From: Vicugna vicugna
Lineage: Eukaryota
NCBI GenBank assembly: GCA_013265495.1
Contig: MU057989.1
Span: forward strand, 1,319,513 to 1,383,512
Length of the DNA stretch: 64,000 nt
Reading direction: 5' to 3'
Shown: in pieces, positions 61,063 to 64,000 of the stretch
How the letters are laid out: each line of letters opens with the position of its first letter
Position numbering within the stretch: the first letter of the stretch is position 1
Notes under the pieces: model-generated
What the model was told of the DNA's origin: nothing
What the model saw: the letters and a program-made list of their open reading frames with translations, nothing else
The model's database searches: none
Translations under genes and position numbers: made by a program

Positions 61063-61189
61063 ATATTCAATGAACTGGACCAGGCTGGCTCCTTGCTGGC
61101 CAAAGACACCCTGGAGGATGGGTTTCCCATGCACGATGGGAAGGGAGATGTGCGGAAATGCCCTTACTACGCTGCTAAACAAGACAAAG
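61063..61189 (+). CDS. HMOX2: HMOX2 exon with heme regulatory motif Cys265-Pro
   Basis: ctgcag|ATA TTC...: [42 protein letters not shown](G); donor G|GTAGGT. Confidence 0.97.
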
Positions 61190-61285
61190 GTAGGTCTTGT
61201 GTCTGAGCTCCCCTGCTAGGGCAGGCATGTCCGTGTTCCTGCGTCCCCCACTGATGCCATGTCCTCTGTTGGTGCTGCCATGCAG

Positions 61286-61413
61286 GTATCCTGGAGGGCA
61301 GCAGCTGCCCCTTCCGAACAGCCCTGGCTGTGCTGAGCAAGCCCAGCCTCCAGTTCATTCTGGCCACCAGCGTGGCCCTGGCTGCCGGCCTCTTGGCCTG
61401 GTACTACATGTGA
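61286..61413 (+). CDS. HMOX2: HMOX2 last coding exon: HRM Cys282-Pro and C-terminal ER membrane anchor
   Basis: (G)[44 protein letters not shown]; total CDS 86+118+492+127+128 = 951 nt = 316 aa + stop. Confidence 0.97.
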
Positions 61414-61541
61414 AGGACCCACCACACTACGCTGGCGCCCTCCTCCTGACACCTGGCCCGCCCCCACCTCCACCCATGACCAAACTACCACCTCAGGTGA
61501 CCTTTTTTTTTTTTTTAAATGCTGGCTTTGAGAAAACCACC

Positions 61542-61547
61542 AATAAA
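61542..61547 (+). terminator. HMOX2: HMOX2 proximal poly(A) signal
   Basis: AATAAA ~130 nt after the stop, preceded by a T14 tract. Confidence 0.75.
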
Positions 61548-62048
61548 ACCAGATGCTAAAGCCTTTGCCTGTCAGCATCCTGTATGTAGGCCAGATGCTG
61601 AGCTGGATGCAGGCCCACCCCTGCTGCAGTCCCCAGGCCATGGCGGGCAGCGGGGCAGCCTGCGCAGCTCAGCGGGCTGGCCTGGGCCTCTGGAACCAGC
61701 TTGGCTGCCGGGGCCCCCATACGTCTGACCCCAGGGCTCATTCCCTCTGTTCTTCCTTGTTGTGTCGGCATTTAGGTGGGAACTTTTCCCTGCTGGGAGC
61801 AGAGCAGCCAGCAAGTCCAGGCTCCCCTAGCCCTGTGGGAGGGAGGGGGGCCGCCTCAGATGCTGTTGCTCCTCTGCAGGACCTCTCCTGGGGGCAGAGG
61901 GCCAGGGGCGAGAAGGGGCAGAAGCCAGACTCACACCCTGCCTCAGAGGTCCTGGGAACTCCGTCCTGGGCAGCCAGTCCTCAATGCTTCTCAAGCAGAA
62001 AACCTGAGTAGGGTCTTTGGCCATGACCTGTGTAAATGCTACCTTCTC

Positions 62049-62054
62049 AATAAA
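62049..62054 (+). terminator. HMOX2: HMOX2 distal poly(A) signal
   Basis: AATAAA ~635 nt after the stop, preceded by TGTA; HMOX2 is known to use two poly(A) sites. Confidence 0.75.
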
Positions 62055-62339
62055 GTGGACTCTGACAGCCGCCTCCTCCTTCTGGTGCGACGTCCTCCTG
62101 TCATCCTTGCTGGCCCCCCAGGCAGCCCTACATGTGTCCCCAGTACTACTGGTCACTCAGCAGCCCTCCTGTCTGGGGCAGTCATCGTGGCCATCTCACG
62201 AAGACCCTTGAAGTCCAGCTGGTCCTGTGGTTCTCTAATTCTTGGAGTGCTTTGGAGTTTTCCCATTTTGAAATTTTTTCCCCACAAATAAGGATAAAAA
62301 AGCATATGCTTGTATTATATAACAATTCATTGTCTAAAA

Positions 62340-64000
62340 TAGAAATGTGGATTTAAATATTTATTTTAATAGGAATTTATTACCTGTTTTACATATTGAG
62401 GATCTGTGGAAGTTTTACTCAAAAACAAGGTTAAATGGTGGGGACACTTTTCAACTGACTGAGCCCACCTGCCTTCACAAGTCAGATGAGGGGCAGAGGC
62501 TGAGCCAGCCAGAACCTGGGGACCTAGGCTGCCTGACCGTGCCCGGTAGCCTTCAGACCAGAAGCCTCAGTCCCAATGGCTCTGTCTTGCTTAAGGGAGT
62601 GCACGGTGGGGTGGCCCTGAGCTCTAGCTGGAGGGGTCTCCAGCTTGCAGACCCCATGGGTGGATGCATGGTGTGGAGATGGGTGACACGGTATCAATAT
62701 AGTAGGTGATCTGATAGCACAGTGAAGCCAACTTCTCACAGCTGGAATCTCCGGGCTCATCCACACTGGACTCTGGTGTGGTTTAGTTAGGGACTGAAAG
62801 GTCAGTGTTGTCCCTGGGTAGTTGATGTGGCATAAGCAATAAGAACCTGAGGACTCAACCCCCTGCAGTTTGACTACCTGCAGCCCCACCCTCTTTCCCT
62901 CGCAAAAGAAGGAAGCCAGGCAAGAGAGCAGAGGCCCAGGGCTGGGGAGTGAAAGGGCCAATTTAATGAGAAACTACAAACTGAGACTGGCCACGATTCA
63001 CAGTAACAGGAGGCCATGCAGTGGCAGTGTGAGACCAGGAGAGGGAGGGGTGGCAGCAGGATACAGCGGTCCACGTGAGCAAGTTCACAGACAAACCATT
63101 CAGGAAATAAAGACTGTGGGCTCAGGCCCAGGGCAGGGCTGGTGTCCAGCAGGGCACTTCCGCCACTTGTGGCTGCTCCTTCCTCGTCCCCAGTCCAGTG
63201 CCGCAGCTGCTCCTGCCCCTGGAGTAGGCACAGTGACAGCCAGCCGGCCAAGGCGAAGGGCCCAGTGCTTACTGGGAAGAGGATCTGGAGAGTGTACTGC
63301 AAATTGAGTGTGCCCACGAGGCGGCCCCTCCTCTCTGCCATCTCTGGTCACAGCTGGGACACAGCAGCTCCTAGGCAGCGGTTGTGCCCACACACACCAA
63401 GGGCATGGTATATACAGACAGATGGGCTAGGCTCCTGGATATTCCTTCTGGTCCCAGGAAAGCATGGGGTTCACGGACACGTGGCTGGAAAGGGAGCTGG
63501 ATAGGGGCCAGAGGTGAGTCCCTTCCTGGAAAGCCAGGGCCCAATCCCTTACCCCATGGCCTGTAGGTGTGCAGACTTCCCTACCTTACCCCAGGTGGCT
63601 CCTGGGCACTATTAAGAGTTCCCGAGAGTTCTGAGGGCCAGGGTCATTCCTTCCGACCATCATACCTGCCTCTAGCACCCCAGAAACAAACCCAGGCCTT
63701 ATGACCCTGTCCTGCTTGGATCCATCCCCCACTCAGCCCAGCAGATCAGAAACGACTATGGCTACAGCCTAGGCCCCAGATCTGGGGAACCAGCCACTGC
63801 TCTGGCTGCTTTTGGTCCCAGGGAGACTTGGGACCGAACCCGTACATGGTGCAGAAATGGAGGAAGAGACCCCAGCAGGAAGACTGTGCAAGGAGACCCT
63901 TTCCCTGCTTATCTTTACACCAAGCAAACCAACACACAAGCTCAGTGCCATCCCCCTGCCACTCACTGACCCTTGGCTTTAAATCCAACAGAATTTTTGC
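62340..64000 (-). other. CDIP1: Probable 3' UTR of CDIP1 (coding exons outside the window)
   Basis: Two minus-strand AATAAA (TTTATT at 62360-62365 and 62376-62381) in an AT-rich patch, followed by repeat-free sequence; gene identity is inferred from synteny only. Confidence 0.55.

Noticed and set aside
62347..63988. ORFs at the right edge as possible CDIP1 coding exons
   Set aside because: None shows the LITAF-type CxxC domain or CDIP1-like sequence; more consistent with UTR.

Overview
Eukaryotic (mammalian) genomic DNA, most likely a camelid, judged from nine copies of a tRNA-Ala(AGC)-derived SINE resembling camelid vic-1. It matches the conserved block DNAJA3 - NMRAL1 - HMOX2 - (CDIP1), syntenic with human 16p13.3. 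Contents: (1) the 3' half of DNAJA3/Tid1 on + (seven exons, 5041 to ~16900, including the alternatively spliced exon that separates Tid1-L from Tid1-S); (2) complete NMRAL1/HSCARG on - (five coding exons, 299 aa, ATG 30996, stop 22956); (3) complete HMOX2 on + (non-coding exon 1 in a CpG island at ~37.6 kb, ~20 kb intron 1, five coding exons 57873-61413, 316 aa, two poly(A) signals); (4) probably the CDIP1 3' UTR on - at the right edge. All reading frames are intact with GT-AG introns. Most of the rest is transposon-derived (SINE, L1, L2, MIR, LTR, MER). I found no bacterial-type system, CRISPR array or new protein-coding gene, and cannot claim a new biological system. The best leads are an unidentified poly(A)-tailed retrocopy in HMOX2 intron 1, a candidate RFX-driven alternative HMOX2 first exon, nested ERV LTRs plus a perfect ARE between the divergent NMRAL1 and HMOX2 promoters, and a G-rich 23-bp minisatellite in DNAJA3. 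Repeat subfamily names and transcription-factor motifs were recognised by eye and are unverified.
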